From positions 62,001-126,000 of the IMG/VR virus record IMGVR_UViG_3300043426_000266: a stretch of DNA of 64,000 nucleotides. One strand, given 5' to 3'. Both the position numbers and the translations under genes were made by a program. Under the pieces are notes generated by a model. That model worked only from the letters and a program-made list of their open reading frames with translations, was not told where the DNA came from and searched no databases. Shown here piece by piece: positions 55,952-63,588 of the stretch (its first letter is position 1; the number at the start of each line of letters is the position of its first letter).

Positions 55952-56335
55952 ATGTTTAACTTTGTTTATTTCATTTTAGAATTGTTTTGGAACACCACCG
56001 TTAAGTATCGCTATCCGATTGACTACCATGTAGAATTAACACGCAACAACTACATGGTAGTCAAACAAGTCCCGATTGGTAATAAAGCTAAGAGACTTGT
56101 TTTCATCTCCAAACAAGTTTCTTATACTCGGGTAGATCGATTAAGTTTAAAGAAGGTAAGAAGTTATCGGGTTGAGGTAATTGATTCATGGGTTGGTCCA
56201 GACATGAAATCTAAAATTTACATCATCCCTGAATTATGTAGTGGGATTTTTAGTAGAACGAAAATCCCTCACGTGTGTGCTATTAACTGTATTATTGCAA
56301 AATTCATAGAGGAAGATGTGAATGACCTCCGATAA
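55952..56335 (+). CDS. hypothetical protein
   Basis: 127 aa downstream of the terminase. Confidence 0.7.
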   Translation: MFNFVYFILELFWNTTVKYRYPIDYHVELTRNNYMVVKQVPIGNKAKRLVFISKQVSYTRVDRLSLKKVRSYRVEVIDSWVGPDMKSKIYIIPELCSGIFSRTKIPHVCAINCIIAKFIEEDVNDLR

Positions 56336-56936
56336 GATTGAGTATATACTTAGCCCAGTGAATGCGGTTGTGTTTACTGACTGGGATAATCTTTTGGGCT
56401 TTCCGGTAGAGAAGATCCTACCGGAATATTTTTTTATTGATCGAGCTAAAAATCTAGTTGGGGTAACAACTGTTCAAATAGCGATGATTGAGTTTGATAA
56501 GATCATGGGTTCAGTAAATGAACTATTGTCTTTAGAAAACATTCCTTCTGACGTCTTAGACGATTTACTTGCTGAAGGAGAGTCTATTCAACCTAAAACT
56601 TTCTTTGAGAGAGTTAATCCTTTATCTAAAATTAAAACAAAAGAGAAGGTGTTTGACCCTACTCGAATTCTAAAACTCATCTACGCGATTAATCGAGTAC
56701 GATTTGAATTATTCTCTTTTGTGATTGTACAGCTATCAAACTTACAAGCTAAACAAATTAAAGAGTTATATCAGCAAGATCGTATGAAGAATTATGAAGG
56801 GTTACATCTCGCTTATCGAGACTTACTTAACCGTACTTCTAAGAAGGATAAGGAAGCACATTACAAAGCGAATCCTAACTTCATTAGACACCTTCCCGAG
56901 GATGGGTTAGTGGTGCATGGCACAACAGTAAACTAA
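56322..56936 (+). CDS. hypothetical protein
   Basis: 204 aa, GTG start after GAGG. Confidence 0.7.
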   Translation: MTSDKIEYILSPVNAVVFTDWDNLLGFPVEKILPEYFFIDRAKNLVGVTTVQIAMIEFDKIMGSVNELLSLENIPSDVLDDLLAEGESIQPKTFFERVNPLSKIKTKEKVFDPTRILKLIYAINRVRFELFSFVIVQLSNLQAKQIKELYQQDRMKNYEGLHLAYRDLLNRTSKKDKEAHYKANPNFIRHLPEDGLVVHGTTVN

Positions 56937-56957
56937 GGGCAGGTTATCTGCCCTTTT
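56935..56957 (+). terminator. intrinsic terminator
   Basis: AAGGGCAG-GTTAT-CTGCCCTT followed by TT. Confidence 0.7.
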
Positions 56958-56963
56958 CACTTT

Positions 56964-57359
56964 ATGAAAAAGGATATAAACATGGATCTTAATAAAAATC
57001 AAATCATTGATACTTTAAAAACATTTTTAGGGGTTGATAGATTTCAACACTCTACTTTTTGGGTGGCTGGTAAGGTCTTTGAACTAGCGAATAGAGAAAG
57101 AGTTGTAGGTACGATTGATTATATTTCATTGTATGTTGATTCTAAAACATTTGACTCTTTGGTAGGTGAAGTAGGTTATACTTGTAACTTTAGTAAAGAA
57201 GTTACTTTATGGATTGATGTGGATGATTATCCTATTAAGTTATTTAAGGAAGAAATGAGTACACGTAACACGTATGTTAAGAATAGATTAAAATCTATTT
57301 CTTTATCTAACTTAGATACGTTATTTGTAAAAAGTTACGATGGTATACCTATATTATGA
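56964..57359 (+). CDS. hypothetical protein (possibly degenerate nucleotidyltransferase fold)
   Basis: 131 aa; FWVAG...TIDYISLYVD weakly resembles minimal NTases; catalytic pattern incomplete. Confidence 0.55.
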   Translation: MKKDINMDLNKNQIIDTLKTFLGVDRFQHSTFWVAGKVFELANRERVVGTIDYISLYVDSKTFDSLVGEVGYTCNFSKEVTLWIDVDDYPIKLFKEEMSTRNTYVKNRLKSISLSNLDTLFVKSYDGIPIL

Positions 57360-57860
57360 ATTACTTTATCAGATGATCGAAAGGTTGGCTGATAAACTGG
57401 GGTCGGGCAGGCGTGGTTGGTTTTGAAGCTTAAGAGACTTAGGATTATAATTATAGAATATAATTATCTACTAGAGATAAGGATAAGGGGTACACGTAGT
57501 AAGTACCCCGATATATTCTTTATTTCCGAAATTATAAATTAGAAACATATTAGACGTTTTTGTAAAGTTTTTACTTTCTCTTGTTTTGCTTTTATAAATG
57601 GGAAATATGCTTTGCTATTTCCCTTCCTTATAGAGAAGTAACCTTGTTGTTACTTCTCGGTTAGTTTAATTAGAATTGCTCAGTAAACAGCAATTCTAAT
57701 TAATAGAGTTTATTAAATTTAGAAAAGAATATATCCCTACTTACAGGGGATATATTCTTCTTTATGCTGATTGAGTTTATTTTGTGTTTATCCCCCTTGG
57801 GATAGGGTTGCGAAATTTTATATGAGTTTAAATTTATCTAATTAGATTGAGAGAAGAGTC
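57360..57860. other. 500-bp non-coding region with at least 7 hairpins
   Basis: Inverted repeats at 57365-57396, 57487-57509, 57600-57623, 57633-57658, 57666-57703, 57725-57759 and 57789-57804. Confidence 0.75.
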
Positions 57861-58607
57861 ATGAGTGAAACTGGGTTTGTTTATTACTATAGTACCAAGG
57901 AATTGAAACGTTTAAAGAGTGCAGTTGGAAAAGGGGTTACTAAAGAACAAGAAGAGGAAGGGGAGGAATTTGGAGATCGGAGTTTAGGGGGTAAGCTTGC
58001 AGGAGGAGGACGTTATATTCGAGACATTCTAACTTATGGGAGTTTACCTTTACGGTTCTTTGGGTTTGACCATAAACCTGAACGGGGTATTGCAATGAGT
58101 TTAGATCCTATCCCTTTAGACATTGCTAAACTTTATGGAGGGAAACATAAGTTCTGGAAGAGTGGAATAACCCTATACCAATACAAAGTTATTATTGGGA
58201 GTAGTAGCCTTGAGGGGATTAAAGGAAACATTCAATTACATAAAGACAATGGAATGCCTTATCGCATTGTTGGAAGTAAACCCGTTCGAGATTTGATTTA
58301 TGAAAAACAAGAATGGAATTTGGATGAAATTGACGAAAAGCAGATTAAAAAGAATGAAAAAGAAATTGTTGCTTTAGAGAAAAGCTTAGGGTTTTATGGG
58401 TTTTGGGGATTGGACTTAATTCATACGGTTGCAAAAGCCCGTAGAGACATTAAGAAGACCATTGAAGAGAACGTTAGTTTATTAACGAAACGAAAGCAGG
58501 AGAGTGTGCTTTATGGGGAGTTATATCCTTGGGTTCCACACCTTGTTTTGTATACTGGATTTGTAGGCATTGGATTTGATTCAGTTGAGGTTATTAAATT
58601 GAAATAG
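57861..58607 (+). CDS. hypothetical protein of a family recurrent in phiKZ-like phages
   Basis: YYYS...L.S, SLDPIP...H.FW..G..LYQY.V, VPHLVLY pattern (recalled family). Confidence 0.6.
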   Translation: MSETGFVYYYSTKELKRLKSAVGKGVTKEQEEEGEEFGDRSLGGKLAGGGRYIRDILTYGSLPLRFFGFDHKPERGIAMSLDPIPLDIAKLYGGKHKFWKSGITLYQYKVIIGSSSLEGIKGNIQLHKDNGMPYRIVGSKPVRDLIYEKQEWNLDEIDEKQIKKNEKEIVALEKSLGFYGFWGLDLIHTVAKARRDIKKTIEENVSLLTKRKQESVLYGELYPWVPHLVLYTGFVGIGFDSVEVIKLK

Positions 58608-58614
58608 AATTGAA

Positions 58615-58641
58615 CCTAAGTCCTTCTAACGAGGACTTAGG
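58615..58641 (+). terminator. hairpin/terminator
   Basis: CCTAAGTCCT-7nt-AGGACTTAGG. Confidence 0.6.
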
Positions 58642-58730
58642 GATTTTAGCAGCTAAGTTACCTTTTATTTAATTAAAGCTTAATACGACGCTTACAAACG
58701 CATTTAGAGATAGATAAATGTAATAACTTA

Positions 58731-58804
58731 CAGACATACATTATTTACATGTAAATCAAATCATTTTAGATTAAATTTATTTCAGATATACACTATCTAA
58801 TTGA
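58731..58804 (+). promoter_or_regulatory. two tandem early promoter motifs
   Basis: CAGACATACATTATTTACATGT (58731) and CAGATATACACTATCTAATTGA (58783). Confidence 0.6.
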
Positions 58805-58834
58805 ATTCAACCTTAATTATCAAAGGATTTTATT

Positions 58835-59284
58835 ATGTCAACCTGTAATCATAACGTACCACCACTTAATTTAACTGGGTTTTATACTCACCTAACTCAA
58901 TGGACATCAACCTACGGATTATGGACATCAACCTACGAATTGACATTTGATGACTTTAGTGTTTCCCACGGTGGTTCATTATTGTTAATGGGGTTAATTG
59001 AATATACCAACGACATCGATCTCACAGTCAGTCAAGAGTTATTTGATCGATTCAATGATGGCTCTTATCGCAAAGTACAATTGTCTAATGGTCGTTACTA
59101 TCTTCAAGTAAGTAGAAGAATTACATTACATACTTCTGAGATCCCATGTTTGCAACTTTCACAATGTTTGGTTAAACATCCAAATGGAATATGGTATCGA
59201 AATGAAGAACAAACACTTCTTGATTACCAGGCACTTAATCGACCTAGTGATAAGGAAAAGATCAAACTACTAAAAAAGAAATGA
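58835..59284 (+). CDS. hypothetical early protein
   Basis: 149 aa with an ATTATCAAAGGA leader. Confidence 0.75.
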   Translation: MSTCNHNVPPLNLTGFYTHLTQWTSTYGLWTSTYELTFDDFSVSHGGSLLLMGLIEYTNDIDLTVSQELFDRFNDGSYRKVQLSNGRYYLQVSRRITLHTSEIPCLQLSQCLVKHPNGIWYRNEEQTLLDYQALNRPSDKEKIKLLKKK

Positions 59285-59322
59285 TGTAGATTTGATCAAA
59301 TCATTTTAGATTAAAATATTTT

Positions 59323-59344
59323 TAGATATATATTATTTAAATGA
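59323..59344 (+). promoter_or_regulatory. early promoter motif
   Basis: TAGATATATATTATTTAAATGA. Confidence 0.7.
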
Positions 59345-59377
59345 AATAAACCCTCATTATCAAAAGGAAATTAAACT

Positions 59378-60220
59378 ATGTTAACGAATGAAGATTGTGT
59401 TAGCTACATTAAGAAAGTTAAAGAAGAAAACAAGTTTAAAACCCTCACTGTTTTCGCCAATGCGATTGGAGAACACAATAGTCGATTAAGTAGAGCGTTG
59501 CACGGTGACAACGAAACAACCATCATTCATGTCACTATGAAGGCAACTTTAGTTGACAAAGACCCAGAACGTTCTCGTTTAATGGTTGAAAAGTTACGAG
59601 AAAGAAAAACTGCTCGAACCATTCGTTTAAGAAAAGAATTAAGGGAAAAGAAACTTTCCCTTAAGGATGTAAACGAGGACTATAAAAAACTTTGTTACGT
59701 TAATCATGTCGTGGAAAACTCTACTGATTCAGTAAAATCAATTTCGATTAAACTGGGTTATAATGACGTATACGTTGGTTATGTCTTAGCCGGGACTCAA
59801 ACATTATCAGATAAGTTTATACGAAGTATTGAAAGCATCGCTGATATTAAATACAGTGACTTCTCTTTGCTATCCAATGCAGATGTCGAGCTTGTGTTAA
59901 AAAGAAAGAAATACAAAACGACAACTTCGATGACTTCAACAATTGAAGCGTTGAATCGTTTCAATCATAAGTTAGGCTATCTAGGAACATTAGTGTCCCC
60001 GGAACTTCAACTTGACTTAGGTCCAACTACGTTGACACCTAATCAACAAGCAGGATTAATTCTACCCCACATACCAGAGAATAGTTTAGAGTATGACGAA
60101 GTTGTCGATATTAAAATCATGTTGTTTACAATCATGGAACATATTGATATTTCCGATATAGATGCACACCCCGACGACTACGATGATTTAACTCGTCTTT
60201 ATCGTCGTGTGTATGGTTAA
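59378..60220 (+). CDS. putative DNA-binding protein with two XRE/Cro-like HTH segments
   Basis: TLTVFANAIGEHNSRLSRALHG and SVKSISIKLGYNDVYVGYVLAGTQTLS..FI..I. Confidence 0.55.
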   Translation: MLTNEDCVSYIKKVKEENKFKTLTVFANAIGEHNSRLSRALHGDNETTIIHVTMKATLVDKDPERSRLMVEKLRERKTARTIRLRKELREKKLSLKDVNEDYKKLCYVNHVVENSTDSVKSISIKLGYNDVYVGYVLAGTQTLSDKFIRSIESIADIKYSDFSLLSNADVELVLKRKKYKTTTSMTSTIEALNRFNHKLGYLGTLVSPELQLDLGPTTLTPNQQAGLILPHIPENSLEYDEVVDIKIMLFTIMEHIDISDIDAHPDDYDDLTRLYRRVYG

Positions 60221-60226
60221 AAGTTA

Positions 60227-60258
60227 AGGAGGGGTTAACCCCTCCTCTTTTATTTTTA
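60227..60258 (+). terminator. intrinsic terminator (perfect palindrome)
   Basis: AGGAGGGG-TTAA-CCCCTCCT followed by T tracts. Confidence 0.8.
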
Positions 60259-60411
60259 TTTAGTTTGTTTTACGAAGTAACCAAAGATCCACAAGTTAAT
60301 AGTTTCAAAATATAGACAACCAGATGCTTCTCATCTTGAGTCTAAAGTACCAATTTCATGGTTTTCTGGTGCTACAGAAACAAAACAACAAGTTAAATAA
60401 AATCTGCATAA

Positions 60412-60435
60412 AGAAAGGGGCGACTGCCCCTTTCT
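60412..60435 (-). terminator. terminator of the minus-strand 90-aa gene
   Basis: AGAAAGGGGC-GACT-GCCCCTTTCT. Confidence 0.75.
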
Positions 60436-60436
60436 A

Positions 60437-60709
60437 TTACTTATTGATTAAATCTTTTACAGTGTTGTACATTGTTTTGATTTTATCAATGAAGTTAGAT
60501 AGGATAGTTGCCCACTCATCCCAACCTTCTCCTTTTAGAATTTCATTTTTGATATAATCAAGTACCCAGACCTTTTTATCTTTACCAGCTAAAGTTGCTT
60601 GCTTTTCAATTGAATCCATCGCATCTACTGCAGCACGATAAATCTCTTGTCCAGTCTGGATGAGGCTGATAACGCCAGTCGCTACTGTTGCAATTTGTGT
60701 TGTGTTCAT
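60437..60709 (-). CDS. 90-aa amphipathic protein resembling Acinetobacter phage proteins annotated as holins
   Basis: GQ.IY..V..MD..E....G..KK.WVL.......W..W...I..FID..K..YN pattern recalled from Obolenskvirus-type putative holins. No strong TM helix. Confidence 0.5.
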   Translation of the reverse strand: MNTTQIATVATGVISLIQTGQEIYRAAVDAMDSIEKQATLAGKDKKVWVLDYIKNEILKGEGWDEWATILSNFIDKIKTMYNTVKDLINK

Positions 60710-60726
60710 CAGAAGTCACTCCTTAA

Positions 60727-60760
60727 TATATAGACTTAAACATCTTCTTAAGTCTATATA
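60727..60760. promoter_or_regulatory. 13-bp inverted repeat between divergent genes
   Basis: TATATAGACTTAA-ACATCTTC-TTAAGTCTATATA. Confidence 0.55.
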
Positions 60761-60791
60761 ATTTGTTTAACGTCTATTACCAGGAATAACA

Positions 60792-62045
60792 ATGGACTTT
60801 ATAGTTAGTTTTATAAAACTCTTTGTAAGTTTTATCCATGATTTAACCGGGGGTAATCAATGGTTAACCACTGCCGTCTTTGCGGGTTTAGCTATTGTGT
60901 TGAGAAAGATCCCTGGTCAGTTGTTTGAATTGATCCTTAGACAGCTGACCATCAACATGCGAGTTTCTGATCGAAATGTAAATGCACGTTCGGAAACAAT
61001 CGACGCAGTGTTGTTATATCTTCGTCGTAATTCTTCAACTAATTTTCAACGTACCTTCATGGTGAATGAATCTGCTCGCTTAAGAGACGAACGTTTAATC
61101 TCTGGGGAAGGTAATCACTGGGTGAAAGCTTTAGGTTGTTGGATTATTGTTAATCTAACCATAGCTAAAAATGAAAAAGGTGAGTTACGAATCCTAACGT
61201 TAAAGACGTGCTTTTGGAACCGAGCAAACCTTAAACATATTCTAAACGAGGTAAATCCTCAAGAATATGATTTACCTCTTATTTACGAAATGCGTGATAA
61301 TTGGCTATATCGTACAGGGATTGTGTCTAAAGTGTTTAGTACTCAAACCCAACTTATTGATGATCATCTTTACCAGAAAATTGATAGTATTTTTAATCGT
61401 TTCTGTAATGATGAAGATTATTACCTCAAACATCAAAAATTAAGGAAAGAAACTTTCTTACTTTATGGTCCTCCGGGTACAGGCAAAACAACATTGTTTA
61501 GACATCTTGCATCTAAATACAGTTTGTCCGTTGTTATACTGACTCCCGATAAATTAAGTGAAGGTATCCGTGAAATCGCTCGAGATCGACTTGGTAAGGT
61601 TTTAATTTTAATTGATGACGTGGTTATCCCTACTCCACTCACCGAATTATTTTCCCCCTCAACCAAGCCCGCTGCCGACAATTCGATAGATGAAGTAACA
61701 CGAGTTTTGTTAAATGAGTTAGATGGGATAAAACCATTACACGAAGTTATCGTTGCCGTTACAACCAATAACATTTCTAAACTACCTCCAGCGGTTTACC
61801 GACCAGGTCGGGTTGATCATTTAATTGAATTTGACTATCCAAATAAAGAAACAGTGATGAGGGCAATTGGTTTTGACAAACATGATGATCGTTATGTTTA
61901 CCTAAGCAATCTTAAGGTCAAAGATATCCCATTAGATAATATCGCAAGTCTTCGAAATGCCGAAACATTGTCTGATGTGATCAAGATTATCGATGCCAGA
62001 GATAATTATCTTAAACTGAGTTTACATGCAAACACAAACAAGTGA
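60792..62045 (+). CDS. membrane-anchored AAA+ ATPase (BCS1-like)
   Basis: N-terminal hydrophobic helix; Walker A GPPGTGKT; Walker B LIDD; sensor TTN; second region of homology AVYRPGRVD. Confidence 0.85.
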   Translation: MDFIVSFIKLFVSFIHDLTGGNQWLTTAVFAGLAIVLRKIPGQLFELILRQLTINMRVSDRNVNARSETIDAVLLYLRRNSSTNFQRTFMVNESARLRDERLISGEGNHWVKALGCWIIVNLTIAKNEKGELRILTLKTCFWNRANLKHILNEVNPQEYDLPLIYEMRDNWLYRTGIVSKVFSTQTQLIDDHLYQKIDSIFNRFCNDEDYYLKHQKLRKETFLLYGPPGTGKTTLFRHLASKYSLSVVILTPDKLSEGIREIARDRLGKVLILIDDVVIPTPLTELFSPSTKPAADNSIDEVTRVLLNELDGIKPLHEVIVAVTTNNISKLPPAVYRPGRVDHLIEFDYPNKETVMRAIGFDKHDDRYVYLSNLKVKDIPLDNIASLRNAETLSDVIKIIDARDNYLKLSLHANTNK

Positions 62046-62108
62046 TTAGGAATTTTCCCAACTCTTTTATTTTCATATGCCTTTACAAACAATAAACTGG
62101 AGAATTTA

Positions 62109-62531
62109 GTGGGTAAATTTCAAATCGCTTTTTATAAAGCAAAATATGGTGATGTGTTCGATAAGATCATTTCCAAATTCACCTTCTCTCCTTACTCCCA
62201 TTGCGAGTTAATCTTCAGTGATGGAATTTGCGCTTCTTCATCCCCTCGTGATGGGGGTGTACGTTTTGCAAACATTAATTTCGGTGAACATTGGGATGTA
62301 TTCGATCTAGATGAAAGTTTATCTGAACTAGACGCAAGACTTTGGTTCGGATTCTACGATGGGGAAGCATATGATTTTCTAGGCGCCATTGGTTCAGCAA
62401 TTGGGTTACCTTTTCATAGCGACAATAAAAAGTTTTGCTCTCTTGCCTGTGCTTCTGCTTTAAAGTTAAGAAAGATCAATCTCACCCCTGGCGGGTTGTA
62501 TAAAAAACTCAAACGTTTAAAACATATCTAA
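62109..62531 (+). CDS. permuted papain-like (NlpC/P60, YaeF/YiiX-type) enzyme
   Basis: N-terminal YSHCE (His), central YDF, C-terminal FCS (Cys). Confidence 0.75.
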   Translation: MGKFQIAFYKAKYGDVFDKIISKFTFSPYSHCELIFSDGICASSSPRDGGVRFANINFGEHWDVFDLDESLSELDARLWFGFYDGEAYDFLGAIGSAIGLPFHSDNKKFCSLACASALKLRKINLTPGGLYKKLKRLKHI

Positions 62532-62533
62532 AA

Positions 62534-62561
62534 AAATAGAGGGGCAATTGCCCCTCTATTT
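62534..62561 (+). terminator. intrinsic terminator (28-bp perfect palindrome)
   Basis: AAATAGAGGGGC-AATT-GCCCCTCTATTT. Confidence 0.8.
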
Positions 62562-62571
62562 CAATTTATTA

Positions 62572-62593
62572 CAAATATATATTATTTACATGA
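62572..62593 (+). promoter_or_regulatory. early promoter motif
   Basis: CAAATATATATTATTTACATGA. Confidence 0.7.
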
Positions 62594-62621
62594 TATTAAC
62601 TTATTTTATCAAGGTGAATAC

Positions 62622-62771
62622 ATGCCAACCATTTATTACGAAGGTATTTGCGAATGCTGTCATTGCTGGGTATCATTAAATGAGTCTGAGGTTGATGGAT
62701 ACATGTTATGCCAATTAAGATATTCCGTTTTATGCACAGGATGTGAAGATGAGCAACGATGTTTTAAATGA
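62622..62771 (+). CDS. 49-aa Cys-rich microprotein, putative zinc finger (not in ORF track)
   Basis: MPTIYYEGICECCHCWVSLNESEVDGYMLCQLRYSVLCTGCEDEQRCFK; AAGGTG RBS. Confidence 0.6.
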   Translation: MPTIYYEGICECCHCWVSLNESEVDGYMLCQLRYSVLCTGCEDEQRCFK

Positions 62772-63102
62772 TTTTAACAAACAGGCTAGGATTAAAAACT
62801 ATCTTGTTTTAATGCGAGCAAAAGCCTGTGACAAACGGTTAGAGCAGGTTAAGCTACTTCGCAGCGCAACAACCAAACAAATGAGGACTGATGTTTCTAA
62901 TAATATCAGGGTCTTAAATCATCTCATTGATTTAAGTTATAAACTCATTAATTCAAAACAAGTTGTTGATACCAATAAATCAAATCATTCCGATAAATTT
63001 ATTGATATGATCATTACTGGAAACTACAAAGGAGAGCAAATTATTTACGATGTAAAGAATGCACCAAGAATCAAAACAACGCGTACAGTTGAGTTAATGT
63101 AA
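62749..63102 (+). CDS. hypothetical protein
   Basis: ATG 62749 overlaps the end of the microprotein. Confidence 0.65.
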   Translation: MSNDVLNDFNKQARIKNYLVLMRAKACDKRLEQVKLLRSATTKQMRTDVSNNIRVLNHLIDLSYKLINSKQVVDTNKSNHSDKFIDMIITGNYKGEQIIYDVKNAPRIKTTRTVELM

Positions 63103-63113
63103 GGCAGGCCATT

Positions 63114-63578
63114 ATGGATTTATTAACCACTACCCTAGCAAGCTCTTGTGGGTTACCTCAATTGCGGAGAAGCGAAAAGTTGGCTTTGGTTGATTATGTT
63201 GAAAATTTTATTCGACATCGTAAACCAAAAATGTCGAACTATATTGAGAAAGACCTTGTTACGCAGATTATCGACCCAGGTAAAACTGCCGAACAAATCA
63301 AGAACGTTTTAGATAAAGTCATCTCATTCGATTTAACATTTTCTAAAACCCCGTATATTTATCAACTTGAGGTAACGTATTCAGAAAACAAATACCATCA
63401 TTTAAATGAATTGCTTAAAGTACTCTGTAATCGCAAAGGGGTTGTTTTACCAATGCGTGGCGAACGTACTCGAGGTAATTATCGCTTCTCGATTCTTATT
63501 GACGTCGCTAAAGGCGGGAATGTGACTGACGGTATCACCCGGGTGGCTAAGCTGGCTTATTACTTAAACACAATTTAG
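63114..63578 (+). CDS. hypothetical protein
   Basis: 154 aa in operon. Confidence 0.7.
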   Translation: MDLLTTTLASSCGLPQLRRSEKLALVDYVENFIRHRKPKMSNYIEKDLVTQIIDPGKTAEQIKNVLDKVISFDLTFSKTPYIYQLEVTYSENKYHHLNELLKVLCNRKGVVLPMRGERTRGNYRFSILIDVAKGGNVTDGITRVAKLAYYLNTI

Positions 63579-63588
63579 AGTATCGTAT

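Noticed and set aside
57360-57860. tRNA or CRISPR array in the large intergenic region
   Set aside because: No cloverleaf with T-loop GTTCRA, and the repeats are inverted rather than regularly spaced direct repeats with unique spacers.
57861-58607. ADP-ribosyltransferase fold for the 248-aa ORF
   Set aside because: YYYS and SLDP only loosely resemble ART strands; no catalytic Glu motif can be placed without a profile search.
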